Positions 1 through 8,918 of a stretch of 64,000 nucleotides of DNA are shown here, piece after piece. Numbering within the stretch: position 1 is the first letter of the stretch; every line of letters begins with the position of its first letter. A program made the position numbers and the translations under genes. Origin of the DNA: Bacteroidales bacterium (GTDB lineage: Bacteria; Bacteroidota; Bacteroidia; Bacteroidales; JAADGE01); assembly GCA_021108035.1 (NCBI GenBank), contig JAIORQ010000025.1, forward strand, positions 2,004-66,003. The letters are read 5' to 3'. The notes beneath the pieces were generated by a model. That model did no database searches. It saw only the letters and a program-made list of their open reading frames with translations, and was not told the DNA's origin.

Positions 1-572
1 TTTATCAGTAATGCCAATCCTTCTTTGTTGTTCTTTTCTCCTACTTTAACAATTCCGGTTTTAACGGTTATATCAACATTTACTTCTTTTGTGTAAGCTC
101 TTATATTAAAATTAGATTTGTCCTGTACAGTTATCACAGCATTTTGAGCAGTTATAATATAAGTGTCGCAACTTTTGTTGTTTATTTCAAAATATGCTTC
201 TCCTTTAATTTCAATATTACATTCCTTACCTTTTATCTTTGAAGGGTATATTATTTTTGTTTTTTTATTTAACCAAACTCCGTTACCGTCGGGCAATGCA
301 ATCTTCTTCGTTTTATTTGTTGTATTTTCAACAATTATGTATTGAGTTGAATTATTATGTGTATTGAAAAGGATTATCGTAATTAGTATCAGAATAACAG
401 CTGCTGCCGAACTTATATATACAGTTCGCTTTTTTAACATATGCTTATCATTAAGAAAGGTTTTTGAATAGTTTTCCCAACCAATCTTTTTGTTCCATTT
501 TACTTCTCTCGGAAGCCTGTTTAAAGATTCAACTTTATCTTTAAAGATTTTATCAATATTGTTATTCACCAT
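1..572 (-). CDS. FecR-family anti-sigma factor, truncated at the window edge (N-terminal cytoplasmic part, one TM helix, periplasmic FecR-like domain)
   Basis: Manual reverse translation from the ATG (revcomp) at 570-572 gives MVNNNIDKIFKDKVESLNRLPREVKWNKKIGWENYSKTFLNDKHMLKKRTVYISSAAAVILILITIILFN..., then ...ALPDGNGVWLNKKTKIIYP..GEAYFEI. The hydrophobic TM segment and the ALPDGS/GEAYF signature are typical of FecR. Its start overlaps the stop of the upstream ECF sigma gene. The ORF runs off the window start. Confidence 0.6.
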   Translation of the reverse strand, partial: MVNNNIDKIFKDKVESLNRLPREVKWNKKIGWENYSKTFLNDKHMLKKRTVYISSAAAVILILITIILFNTHNNSTQYIIVENTTNKTKKIALPDGNGVWLNKKTKIIYPSKIKGKECNIEIKGEAYFEINNKSCDTYIITAQNAVITVQDKSNFNIRAYTKEVNVDITVKTGIVKVGEKNNKEGLALLI

Positions 573-1086
573 TTTTGTTTAATTTTTCTTGAAGTAATTT
601 TCTTGCTCTTGTAAGATACACTCTTGAACTGCTTGTTTTAATGTCTAATTTTTCTGAAATCTCTTTATGAGAATATCCTTCAATTGCATGTAAGTTAAAA
701 ACCGTACGATAATCATCGGGTAAGTTTTTTATTATACAGTAATATGTTTCTAAATCAAGATTGTTTTCATTTACATTTGAAATTACAGATTCTTTTTCAA
801 TTTCAGAAATATCACTGAACAACGTATTTTGCCTTAAAAAGCCTAATGCTTCATTAATTATGATTTTCTTCATCCAAGCAATTAAACTTCTTTCTTCTTT
901 ATATATAAACTTATCAAGATTACTGAAGATTTTGAAGAATCCGTAATTTACAATGCTGTCTGCATCAGTTTCATTATTAACATATCTGTAAGCAAGCTTA
1001 AACATTCTCACGGAGTATTTATCGTAAAATTCCTTTTGTGCCTTTCGGTTGCCTCTTTTTACTCCGGCGAGTAATTTTTTCGTCAT
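562..1086 (-). CDS. ECF-type RNA polymerase sigma-70 factor (sigma-24 subfamily)
   Basis: 174 aa. Region-2-like FYDKYSVRMFKLAYRYV...DADSIVNYGFFKIF and a region-4 HTH (YSHKEISEKLDIKTSSSRVYLTRARKLLQ). It is immediately followed by a FecR-like anti-sigma gene with overlapping stop/start. Confidence 0.8.
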   Translation of the reverse strand: MTKKLLAGVKRGNRKAQKEFYDKYSVRMFKLAYRYVNNETDADSIVNYGFFKIFSNLDKFIYKEERSLIAWMKKIIINEALGFLRQNTLFSDISEIEKESVISNVNENNLDLETYYCIIKNLPDDYRTVFNLHAIEGYSHKEISEKLDIKTSSSRVYLTRARKLLQEKLNKNGE

Positions 1087-1287
1087 TTTTCTCTGTTTGC
1101 TTTTTTTGTCTTTACTCTATAAATGCAAAATATGTATAAAACGCTACAAAAAAAGTAAATATTTATTAAAGATTAAATAAAAAAGTCTGACAACTATCAG
1201 GTTATCAGACTGATTTATAATAATTTTTTTTCGTCTCAGCGACTTATACTATACTGTGCCACGCTCAGCGTGGCACGGTGTTCGATG

Positions 1288-3393
1288 TTACAGTAAGCTC
1301 AAATTAATCCTGACACCGGCCTTAATCCACCTCTCCGGCATTTTAATATTCCCGAATTCATAATATTCTTTATCAAATAAATTAGTGGCTTCAGTATATA
1401 TTTCCAAACGATCATTAGCCCAATAAACTTTCAGATCAGCTAAAACAAAAGGTTCATAGTCTTGTTCACCAATATAATCTCCGACAGATAAATCATACAC
1501 AGAATAACTGCCGGCTCGATCTTCATAACGAACAATCCAACTTGCAGCCAATTTTCTGTAAATTTTATGATGCAATGAAAATACGGCTTTGTGTTTTAAA
1601 TAGTCCAATGCATATTTTGATATGTATTCAGCACTTTGTTTGGTGATATCAATATAGGCATAAGAAACGGCAATCTTTTTTATACAGCTGTTTTTTGCAA
1701 AATGATATGAACTTGAAAATTCTGCTCCGTGTGTAGTCAGTTCCGTAATATTGAGCGGTTGCCAATCAATAGTATCGGAAAGCCTTACCCAATCAATAGT
1801 GTTGCTGCCTTCTCTTCTGAAACCGGTTAAGTTTGCACGAAACCCTTTTGAATGATATTTCAACCCGGCTTCGTAAGTTAAAGCATGTTCGGGTAATAAG
1901 TTTGGATTACCTTTGTTTGTCGGCCCGTCATAATACAGGTCTGTAAAAGTCGGAAGTCTCATTGCTTGGTTGGCAGATGCAAAGACTTTGAATTTCTTGC
2001 TGAAGTCAAAACTTATATCAATACCTCCGGCAAAATTCCAATAATAATTACTGTTATAATTTGATGAGAAACCTCCGGCAATCATAAATTTCTTATATCT
2101 AAACATATGTTCAGCATAAAGATTCACATTATATCTGTTTGCTTCTTTGGTATATGATCCGAATTTTTCAAAAGGAACATCAATTGTTTGTTCTGTTTCT
2201 TCCCCTAAAACATTACTTTGAATATAAGCATGGCTGTATTCTGCACCTACGGCCGTTTTTCCGGCAAGGGTTTTTATGTCATATTTTAATTCGGAAGAAA
2301 TAAGGTTGGTTTTATGGTAATTGTGTCCGGGATAATAGTTCCAATCAGCAAATACACCGGGAACATATTTAGCAGTATCCGATCCGTCAGTAAAGTAATC
2401 TCCTGTTCGGGTATATTTATCTTCTCTGAATAACTCAAAACGATCTTGATGTCTTCTCCAATAAAAACTTTTTAAGAAGTTATAATTTTTTCCGTGTCTT
2501 ATTGTTTTATATCCTGCGTATATTGTTTTGGTATTTTCGTATTGCCACGGATATTTTGGGGTGTAAAAACTGTTGGCACCGAATGATTTGTCAGAATATC
2601 CGGCTTGGATAATAAAGTCGGCAATTTTAGTTTTCAAATTTGTTTCATAAAACAGGTTCAATACATCAAAGTCTGTATTATTGATGCTGTCGTCAGACAG
2701 ATATCCTTCGCTTGTTTTTCCTGAAACGGACAGATAGTTTTGCCAATTTTTATGACTGAAAGAAATTCCGGCATTAGCTCCGAAATAGTTATGTTGCCCG
2801 GCAAAAAGGGAAAGTTTTATTTTTTTTGCTTCTTCTGTATTTGTTATGAAGTTTATTGCACCACTGTATGCGTTAATACCGAAAATGCGATTCCCGGGTC
2901 CTTGCAGGATTTCAATTTTTTCAATACTTTCAATGTCAACCGGCAGGTTCATGTTATGATGCCCGGTTTGTACATCGTTCATCTTAAATCCGTTTAAGAG
3001 GATTAATGTTTGTTCAAAATTCCCGCCTCTTATACTGATGTCGGCTTGAACACCTTCAGTTCCTCTTTGTCTTACATCCACATTGCTTGCGTATTCAATC
3101 AAATCTTGCAAACTGTGGACAGGCAATGATTTTATCTCGTTTCTTTCAATTGTATAAATCACCCGGGCAAACTCTGAATACAGTGTGGGAACTCTTGATG
3201 AAATGATCTGAACATCATCAATCGGAATTGTGTCCGTTTGAGCGTTAAGAGTAAAAACAGATGTTAAGAAATAAGAAAGAGGTAATAATGCAATTCTTAT
3301 TTGTTTTCCTAAAGAACTAAAAACGCTCCATGAGTTGTTAGACCATTGTTTAAATGTCGTAATTTCTTTTGAAATAAGATTTTTTCTGTTCAT
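1288..3393 (-). CDS. TonB-dependent outer-membrane receptor (plug + 22-strand barrel)
   Basis: 701 aa. Has an N-terminal signal sequence and a TonB-box/plug region (DVQIISSRVP...VDVRQRGTEGVQADISIRGGNFEQTLILLNGFKMND). Long beta-barrel with aromatic-rich strands. Lies upstream of the ECF/FecR pair. Confidence 0.8.
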   Translation of the reverse strand: MNRKNLISKEITTFKQWSNNSWSVFSSLGKQIRIALLPLSYFLTSVFTLNAQTDTIPIDDVQIISSRVPTLYSEFARVIYTIERNEIKSLPVHSLQDLIEYASNVDVRQRGTEGVQADISIRGGNFEQTLILLNGFKMNDVQTGHHNMNLPVDIESIEKIEILQGPGNRIFGINAYSGAINFITNTEEAKKIKLSLFAGQHNYFGANAGISFSHKNWQNYLSVSGKTSEGYLSDDSINNTDFDVLNLFYETNLKTKIADFIIQAGYSDKSFGANSFYTPKYPWQYENTKTIYAGYKTIRHGKNYNFLKSFYWRRHQDRFELFREDKYTRTGDYFTDGSDTAKYVPGVFADWNYYPGHNYHKTNLISSELKYDIKTLAGKTAVGAEYSHAYIQSNVLGEETEQTIDVPFEKFGSYTKEANRYNVNLYAEHMFRYKKFMIAGGFSSNYNSNYYWNFAGGIDISFDFSKKFKVFASANQAMRLPTFTDLYYDGPTNKGNPNLLPEHALTYEAGLKYHSKGFRANLTGFRREGSNTIDWVRLSDTIDWQPLNITELTTHGAEFSSSYHFAKNSCIKKIAVSYAYIDITKQSAEYISKYALDYLKHKAVFSLHHKIYRKLAASWIVRYEDRAGSYSVYDLSVGDYIGEQDYEPFVLADLKVYWANDRLEIYTEATNLFDKEYYEFGNIKMPERWIKAGVRINLSLL

Positions 3394-3451
3394 TTTATTT
3401 AATTTTGTTTTTTAATATTAAGCGACAAAATTAATTTTTAAAAATCAATTC

Positions 3452-4090
3452 ATGCATTACAAACATATAATTTGGGATTATAACGGAACTTTATTAAACG
3501 ATATAAATCTTTGCGTTGATGTTATTAATGATATGCTGTCAAGCAGAAAATTGCCGATAATGACTGTTGATAAATACAGAGAATTATTCGATTTTCCGGT
3601 AAAAGATTATTATGCAAAAATTGGTTTTGATTTCGAAAAAGAATCATTTGAAATTGTAGGAACTGAGTTTATTGTCGAATATGATAAAAGACAAAAGTCA
3701 TCCGAACTTCATACAGGAGTAAAAGAATTATTGGCTGAAATAAAAAAGCAAGGGATAAAACAATCAATATTATCAGCAAGAAAAGAAGAACAACTTTTGG
3801 AGGAGCTTAATGATTTCGGGATAATTAACTGTTTTCAAGAAGTTGTAGGATTAAATGATCATTATGCAGGCGGTAAAACAGAGAGCGGAATAAAATTAAT
3901 ATCAAGACTCGGAATATCAAAGGATAAGATTTTAATGATTGGTGATACAAAACATGATGCAGAAGTTGCAAAAGAGGCAGGAATAGATTGTATTTTGGTT
4001 TCTCACGGGCATCATATGAGAGAAAAGTTGGAGACTTGCGGGGTGAAGGTTTTTGAGAGTTTAGAAGGTGTCAGTACTATTATTTTTTAA
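3452..4090 (+). CDS. HAD-superfamily hydrolase (phosphoglycolate-phosphatase-like)
   Basis: 212 aa. HAD motif I near the N-terminus (IIWDYNGTLLND). Motif III/IV region (LMIGDTKHDAEVAKEAGIDCILVSHGHH). Confidence 0.7.
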   Translation: MHYKHIIWDYNGTLLNDINLCVDVINDMLSSRKLPIMTVDKYRELFDFPVKDYYAKIGFDFEKESFEIVGTEFIVEYDKRQKSSELHTGVKELLAEIKKQGIKQSILSARKEEQLLEELNDFGIINCFQEVVGLNDHYAGGKTESGIKLISRLGISKDKILMIGDTKHDAEVAKEAGIDCILVSHGHHMREKLETCGVKVFESLEGVSTIIF

Positions 4091-4245
4091 TAAATATTAA
4101 CTCATGTTTCGCACATTATAACAGTCTGATTTTTAGATGTTAAAATTGTTTAAAACACATTAATTTAGAAATTAATATGCAGAATAACAATGCAATACGC
4201 TGAAATTTCCAATTTTAATATGTATTTATTTTTATGCAGGTATAA

Positions 4246-4428
4246 AAAAGTCGCATAGCGACGGACTCTTTGTAACACGGCACAGAAGTGCCGTGAATAT
4301 TGCAGAAATTGTTCAAAGTTCCATAGGAACGTACTAAAACCGGTTTAAGATCGTTCCTATGGAACTTATTCAAATTCAACTTACTGCACGGCACTCCCAT
4401 GCCGTGTTACAAAGAGTACAATCCTACG
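4246..4428. repeat. Nested-palindrome intergenic element (MITE/REP-like). Outer inverted repeat ctctttgtaacacggcac / gtgccgtgttacaaagag. Inner hairpins ttccataggaacg / cgttcctatggaa and tcgcatagcgacg
   Basis: Inverted repeats read directly from the sequence. It shares the left-end motif tcgcatagcgacg and the CATAGSRACG cores with the element at 25681-25835. A 61-aa ORF predicted here (4215-4400, -) is most likely spurious. Confidence 0.55.
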
Positions 4429-4626
4429 GATTTTAACAAAATTCTTATTTTGGAATAACAGCTGTAATTTACTTAATGCAAAGAAGTTATAAAAAATAAA
4501 TATCTTAAAATTAAAAAATAACTACGGGATTTATAATAAATCAGCAAGTGCGAAACTTGAGAATATTAAGTTTATATTTGTTCATTTTATCTTAAATTTA
4601 TAAAAATAAATTGAATTTTTGATAAT

Positions 4627-4944
4627 ATGAAGGGCTTGAAAGAAGAAATATTATTAAAAATAAAGAAATACGTTGCAACAATTGACCCAAGTTCAGAAGT
4701 CATTCTTTTTGGTTCACAAGCAAGAAATGAAGAAAAAGAAAATTCGGATTGGGATATATTAATTTTAACTAACTTACCGACTGATTTAAAAGGTGAACAA
4801 AAGTTTAGACACAAGCTTTTTGAATTGGAGTTAGAGTATGGTGTTGCTTTTTCGACTTTTGTATATTCAAAACAGGAATGGAATAATAAGCATTATGTAA
4901 CACCGCTTTATCAAAATATTCAACAAGACGGTATAAGAATATGA
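4627..4944 (+). CDS. Minimal nucleotidyltransferase (MNT / Pol-beta superfamily) domain protein. It appears to be a solo MNT-type antitoxin-like gene
   Basis: 105 aa. Nucleotidyltransferase signature LFGSQARNEEKENSDWDILIL (GS...D.D motif). No HEPN partner ORF on either side. Confidence 0.65.
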   Translation: MKGLKEEILLKIKKYVATIDPSSEVILFGSQARNEEKENSDWDILILTNLPTDLKGEQKFRHKLFELELEYGVAFSTFVYSKQEWNNKHYVTPLYQNIQQDGIRI

Positions 4945-4952
4945 AAGAAAAA

Positions 4953-4975
4953 ATCCGATGCATCAAACATCGGAT
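4953..4975. terminator. Hairpin between convergent genes (atccgatg-catcaaa-catcggat). Candidate bidirectional terminator
   Basis: 8-bp perfect stem followed by AT-rich sequence. Lies between the MNT gene (ends 4944, +) and add (ends 5001, -). Confidence 0.4.
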
Positions 4976-5000
4976 TAATAATTTCTAAACAAGATACATT

Positions 5001-6059
5001 CTACATATAATCCGTAACAATCTTCAATCCTTTTTCTTCAAGTTCTTTCATTACACTTTTAATTAATTCAACTTTTTTATTATGAGGCAAGAAAGCAGAT
5101 TTAAATCCGTTGAGAATTAAATATTTAAGCTCAGGTGCTGTAAAACCGAATTCTTTAACGGCAAGCCAATATTCTTCTGTTAAAGTTGTTCCTGATATCA
5201 AGCGGTTATCGGTATTTAATGTTACTCTTATTCCGTAGTTAAAATAGAATTTTACGGGATGACTTTTTAAATCTTTTACGGCTTTTGTTTGCACATTAGA
5301 AGTGATGCACATTTCAAGCGGAATTCTGTGGTCGTTTATGTAATTCAATAAATCACCGTCTTCTCTTAATCTTGTTCCGTGTCCTATTCTGTTAGCATTT
5401 ATAACATGCAATGCTTGGTGTATTGATTCAGGACCGTATGCTTCACCGGCATGAGCAGTTGTGTTAATATTGTTATTAATAATTAAATAAAATGCTTCTT
5501 TATGGTCTTTTGCAGGAAAATTTTCTTCTGCTCCGGCTAAATCATATCCGACTACACCGGCATTTTTATAGGCAACCGATAATTCAGCTAAAGTTAAAGA
5601 TTTATCAGGAGAAAAATGTCTTAAACCGCATACAATGATACCTATAATAATATTAAAATCTTTTTCGGCCTGTTCTTTTCCTTTAATAACAGCATCAACA
5701 ACATGTGTTAAATTCAACCCTTTTTCAGTATGCAATAAGGGAGAAAATCTTATTTCCATATATCTTACATTTTCTGATGCTGCATCTTCTGCTAATTCAT
5801 ATGTAGCTCTTCTTAAGGATTCGGCTGTTTGCAAAACAGATGTCGTTATGTCAAATGCTCTTAAATAGTCAACAAGGCTTTCACACCAAGGACCGGCAAT
5901 TAATAATTTCTCTAATTTTTTAGGGTCTGATTCCGGTAATTTAACATTTTGTTGTTTTGCAAGGTCAATAATGGTTTCAACTCTCATTGAACCGTCGAGA
6001 TGACAGTGAAGTTCAGCTTTAGGCAGGCTGTGTAAGAATTCTTTTGTTATTTTTTTCAT
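5001..6059 (-). CDS. add: Adenosine deaminase
   Basis: Metal-binding signature ELHCHLDGS near the N-terminus. Also TAHAGE and SLNTDN-type motif (VTLNTDNRLISGTTL). The ORF track gives a 368-aa form starting at 6107. The MKKITKEF start at 6059 is more plausible. Confidence 0.8.
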   Translation of the reverse strand: MKKITKEFLHSLPKAELHCHLDGSMRVETIIDLAKQQNVKLPESDPKKLEKLLIAGPWCESLVDYLRAFDITTSVLQTAESLRRATYELAEDAASENVRYMEIRFSPLLHTEKGLNLTHVVDAVIKGKEQAEKDFNIIIGIIVCGLRHFSPDKSLTLAELSVAYKNAGVVGYDLAGAEENFPAKDHKEAFYLIINNNINTTAHAGEAYGPESIHQALHVINANRIGHGTRLREDGDLLNYINDHRIPLEMCITSNVQTKAVKDLKSHPVKFYFNYGIRVTLNTDNRLISGTTLTEEYWLAVKEFGFTAPELKYLILNGFKSAFLPHNKKVELIKSVMKELEEKGLKIVTDYM

Positions 6060-6170
6060 GTTATAATACTTTAGAAGGGTTATTATTAAAAAAAATCTCA
6101 GCAGCAAATGAAATTGCCGTTGAGAGGAATAAGATATACTTATTTAACCTACAAATATATAAAAAATATT

Positions 6171-6356
6171 TTACCTGATGAAAATAAAATTATTGTTTGA
6201 TGAAAGTTCTTCATTATAATAATAATTTCCATAATCAAATTCCTTTAAATCAGCGGGGTCTGTAAGTTTGTTCTTTATTATATAATTACACATCATACCT
6301 CTTGCTTTTTTTGCATTAATATTTAACTTTTTTGCAGGTGAAATGATAAGTAACAT
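6171..6356 (-). pseudogene. yaaA: Internally deleted remnant of yaaA (DUF328/UPF0246 peroxide-stress protein). The N-terminal ~15 aa are fused in-frame to the C-terminal ~45 aa
   Basis: MLLIISPAKKLNIN matches the YaaA N-terminus (MLILISPAKTLD). AKKARGMMCNYIIKNKLTDPADLKEFDYGNYYYNEELSSNNNFIFIR matches the YaaA C-terminus ([47 protein letters not shown]). About 190 internal residues are missing. Confidence 0.7.
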
Positions 6357-6432
6357 ATTTTTTTGCTTAAATTGAATAATACCTAAACAAATATATTCAA
6401 TTTTTATTTATACTTGCAATCTTAAACCTAAA

Positions 6433-7299
6433 TTGTTTTTCCTAATGTTTGATAAAAAACAAATACTGTATAACGGTCAATATATTTCAGGTGGTTTAGC
6501 TGAATCTTTTTCTGTAAATCGTGCTTTTTTATACGGCGATTCAATTTTTGAAACCATGTTTGTAAGTAAAGGGGAAATTCATTTTTTTGAAGAGCACTTA
6601 AATCGTTTAATACAAGGAATGAAAGTTTTAAAATATGTTGTGCCTGACAAATTTACAGTGTTTAAAGATAAACTTAAAGATGAGATATTACAATTAATGT
6701 TCAAAAATAAGTTATTTAAATCAGCACGCGTGCGATTAACAGTTTTCAGAAAATCGGGAGGTTTATATACACCTGTTATTAATGAAGTTGATTATATAAT
6801 AAACGTAACAGATCCGGGTAACGAAAAATATGTTTTAAATAATACAGGTTATCTGATTGATTTATATGATGAAATTAAAAAACCGATTAATAAATTTTCT
6901 TCGTATAAAATTGCAAATTCTCTAATTTATACATTAGCAGGTGTTTATAAAAATGAAAGAAAATCGGATGATTGTTTAATTTTAAATGAAAGAGGAAATA
7001 TTATTGAAACAATTTCATCGAATATCTTTTTAGTAATCAATAACAAACTGATTACTCCTCCGATTGAAGAAGGTTGCATTAACGGCATTATCAGGAATCA
7101 AATAATAAATTTTGCAAAACTATATGAAATTATTTGCACAGAACGACCTGTTCAACAGAATGATTTATTATCGGCAGATGAAGTTTTTCTTACAAATTCA
7201 ATTAACGGAATAAAATGGGTTGTTGCTTATAAAGATAAAAGATATTTTAAGAAAATGTCTAATTTCTTTACCAACAAATTAAATGAACAGTTTTATTGA
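6433..7299 (+). CDS. Aminotransferase class IV family protein (4-amino-4-deoxychorismate lyase / branched-chain aminotransferase-like)
   Basis: 288 aa. Fold-type IV PLP-enzyme features (RLTVFRKSGG..., EVFLTNSINGIKWV near the C-terminus). The start may be the internal MFDKKQ. Confidence 0.6.
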   Translation: MFFLMFDKKQILYNGQYISGGLAESFSVNRAFLYGDSIFETMFVSKGEIHFFEEHLNRLIQGMKVLKYVVPDKFTVFKDKLKDEILQLMFKNKLFKSARVRLTVFRKSGGLYTPVINEVDYIINVTDPGNEKYVLNNTGYLIDLYDEIKKPINKFSSYKIANSLIYTLAGVYKNERKSDDCLILNERGNIIETISSNIFLVINNKLITPPIEEGCINGIIRNQIINFAKLYEIICTERPVQQNDLLSADEVFLTNSINGIKWVVAYKDKRYFKKMSNFFTNKLNEQFY

Positions 7300-7334
7300 T
7301 TTGGAGAGTGTAATATTTCCGGTTAAAATTGAAT

Positions 7335-7922
7335 TTAATTCAAATTCGGATTTTCAGGAAAATGTTGCCAAATACTGTATCTTTTATCTAATTTTGAAAC
7401 AACTTTATTCCAAATTTCTTTATCGTAATTCATTACAGTTTCAACATCAATATCAGAAACAAGCCAATAGTCTTTTCTAATTTCCTTGTCTAATTGTTTT
7501 TCAGACCATCCGGAATATCCAATAAAAAAACGAATTCTGTTTTCGTCAATAGTTCCTGATTCAATAAGTATTTGGAGGATTTTAAAATCTCCGCCCCAGT
7601 ACAAGTTTTTTTTAATTTTGATACTTCCGGGTATTTTTTTCCCGTATGTATGGAGATAATAAATATTATTATTTTCAACAGGGCCTCCGAGTGATACTTT
7701 TATGTCAAGATTTCCGAAATCTTTAGAAAGTTGTGACAATTTTCTGTTTACAGGCTTATTTATAATGAAACCAACAGTACCTTTATTATTATGTTCTGCT
7801 AATAATACAACAGAACGACTGAAAATGCTGTCGGGTGCAAACGGCTCTGATACAAGCACTAACCCTTGTTTCGGTTCAATGTTATTATGCTTAATTTTAA
7901 ATATGTCAGGATTTGATTCCAT
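7335..7922 (-). CDS. YqgE/AlgH family protein (UPF0301)
   Basis: 195 aa. Family-typical stretch GLVLVSEPFAPDSIFSRSVVLLAEHNNKGTVGFIINKP. Confidence 0.75.
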   Translation of the reverse strand: MESNPDIFKIKHNNIEPKQGLVLVSEPFAPDSIFSRSVVLLAEHNNKGTVGFIINKPVNRKLSQLSKDFGNLDIKVSLGGPVENNNIYYLHTYGKKIPGSIKIKKNLYWGGDFKILQILIESGTIDENRIRFFIGYSGWSEKQLDKEIRKDYWLVSDIDVETVMNYDKEIWNKVVSKLDKRYSIWQHFPENPNLN

Positions 7923-8041
7923 TTATTATTATACAGGTTTATTATTTTTTTGACAATAAAGATGCCGTTTTTTAAAATTATAAGTCAAAAATGAATATAA
8001 TTTATACTTTTGTAAAGTAACAAAAATTACTTAAGAAATCA

Positions 8042-8827
8042 ATGAACAGATTTTATTTTTTTATAACGATTATTTCTCTTGTCATATTATCTTCTTCGTG
8101 TAACAAACGTTTAAGATATATTTATAATGAAGATCAAAAAAACGATACAATTTATGAATATATTGTAAATTCAGAGCCTTACAGGTTAAAACCGAATGAT
8201 GTTTTACATATTAATATAATTACAACAGATTCTGAAATTAATGATTTATTTAAAATTGGTGATCAAAATAATGATCTTAACAGAAATTCAGCCGGCGGTA
8301 ATTTTTATTTATCCGGATTTACGGTAAATGACTCCGGTTATGTTGACGTTCCAATTTTAGGAAGTATATTAGCCCGAGGAAAGACAGTTCAAGAATTCAG
8401 AAGCGATGTAACAGACATAACTTATAAATATTTGAATGAAGCAATTGTAAATGTTAAATTAGTAAGTTTCAAAATATCATTTCTCGGAGAAGTGGCGAAC
8501 AGCGGTTCAATATTTATTTATCAAGATAATATTGATATTCTTGAGGCTGTTTCAAGAGCCGGAGGAATTACTGAATATGGTAAAATGAGTAATATAACAG
8601 TTGTGAGGCAAGAGAAAGATAAACGTTTGGTTTATAAATTGGATTTATCAAAAAGAGAGTTGCTAAGTTCAAATAAGTTTTATTTATATCCTGATGATAT
8701 AATAATTGTTGAACCCATGAAAGCAAAGATTGCACAAATGAATTTAAGAGATTACTTTTTCTTCTTTTCAGCAATATCTTCAGCTTTATCTACAACAATT
8801 ATTATTATTAGTTTGGTTGGTAATTAA
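8042..8827 (+). CDS. wza: Polysaccharide biosynthesis/export outer-membrane protein (Wza-like, SLBB domain)
   Basis: 261 aa. Signal peptide/lipobox (LSSSC). Poly_export/SLBB-like segments (KPNDVLHINIIT, NITVVRQEKDKRLVYKLDL..YLYPDDIIIVEP). Immediately followed by a Wzc-like gene. Confidence 0.7.
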   Translation: MNRFYFFITIISLVILSSSCNKRLRYIYNEDQKNDTIYEYIVNSEPYRLKPNDVLHINIITTDSEINDLFKIGDQNNDLNRNSAGGNFYLSGFTVNDSGYVDVPILGSILARGKTVQEFRSDVTDITYKYLNEAIVNVKLVSFKISFLGEVANSGSIFIYQDNIDILEAVSRAGGITEYGKMSNITVVRQEKDKRLVYKLDLSKRELLSSNKFYLYPDDIIIVEPMKAKIAQMNLRDYFFFFSAISSALSTTIIIISLVGN

Positions 8828-8918
8828 TACCTGAAATTAACTGCTGTGAACTCTAACAAACCGGCACTTCTTTTTGCTCATAACTTCTTAATTCGGCTAA
8901 TAAAAATGTTTAAGATTC

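Noticed and set aside
1256-1276. Hairpin gtgccacgct-cagc-gtggcac downstream of the TonB receptor gene as a terminator
   Set aside because: No U-tract on either strand. It is retained only as a palindrome (related motif agcgtggcac at 13572), not called as a terminator.
2740-2997. 85-aa plus-strand ORF inside the TonB-dependent receptor gene; similarly 5635-5868, 8568-8774, 13945-14148, 17422-17673, 19510-19851, 26113-26406, 27193-27585, 53404-53739
   Set aside because: Each is antisense to or embedded in a confidently assigned longer gene and has no independent support.
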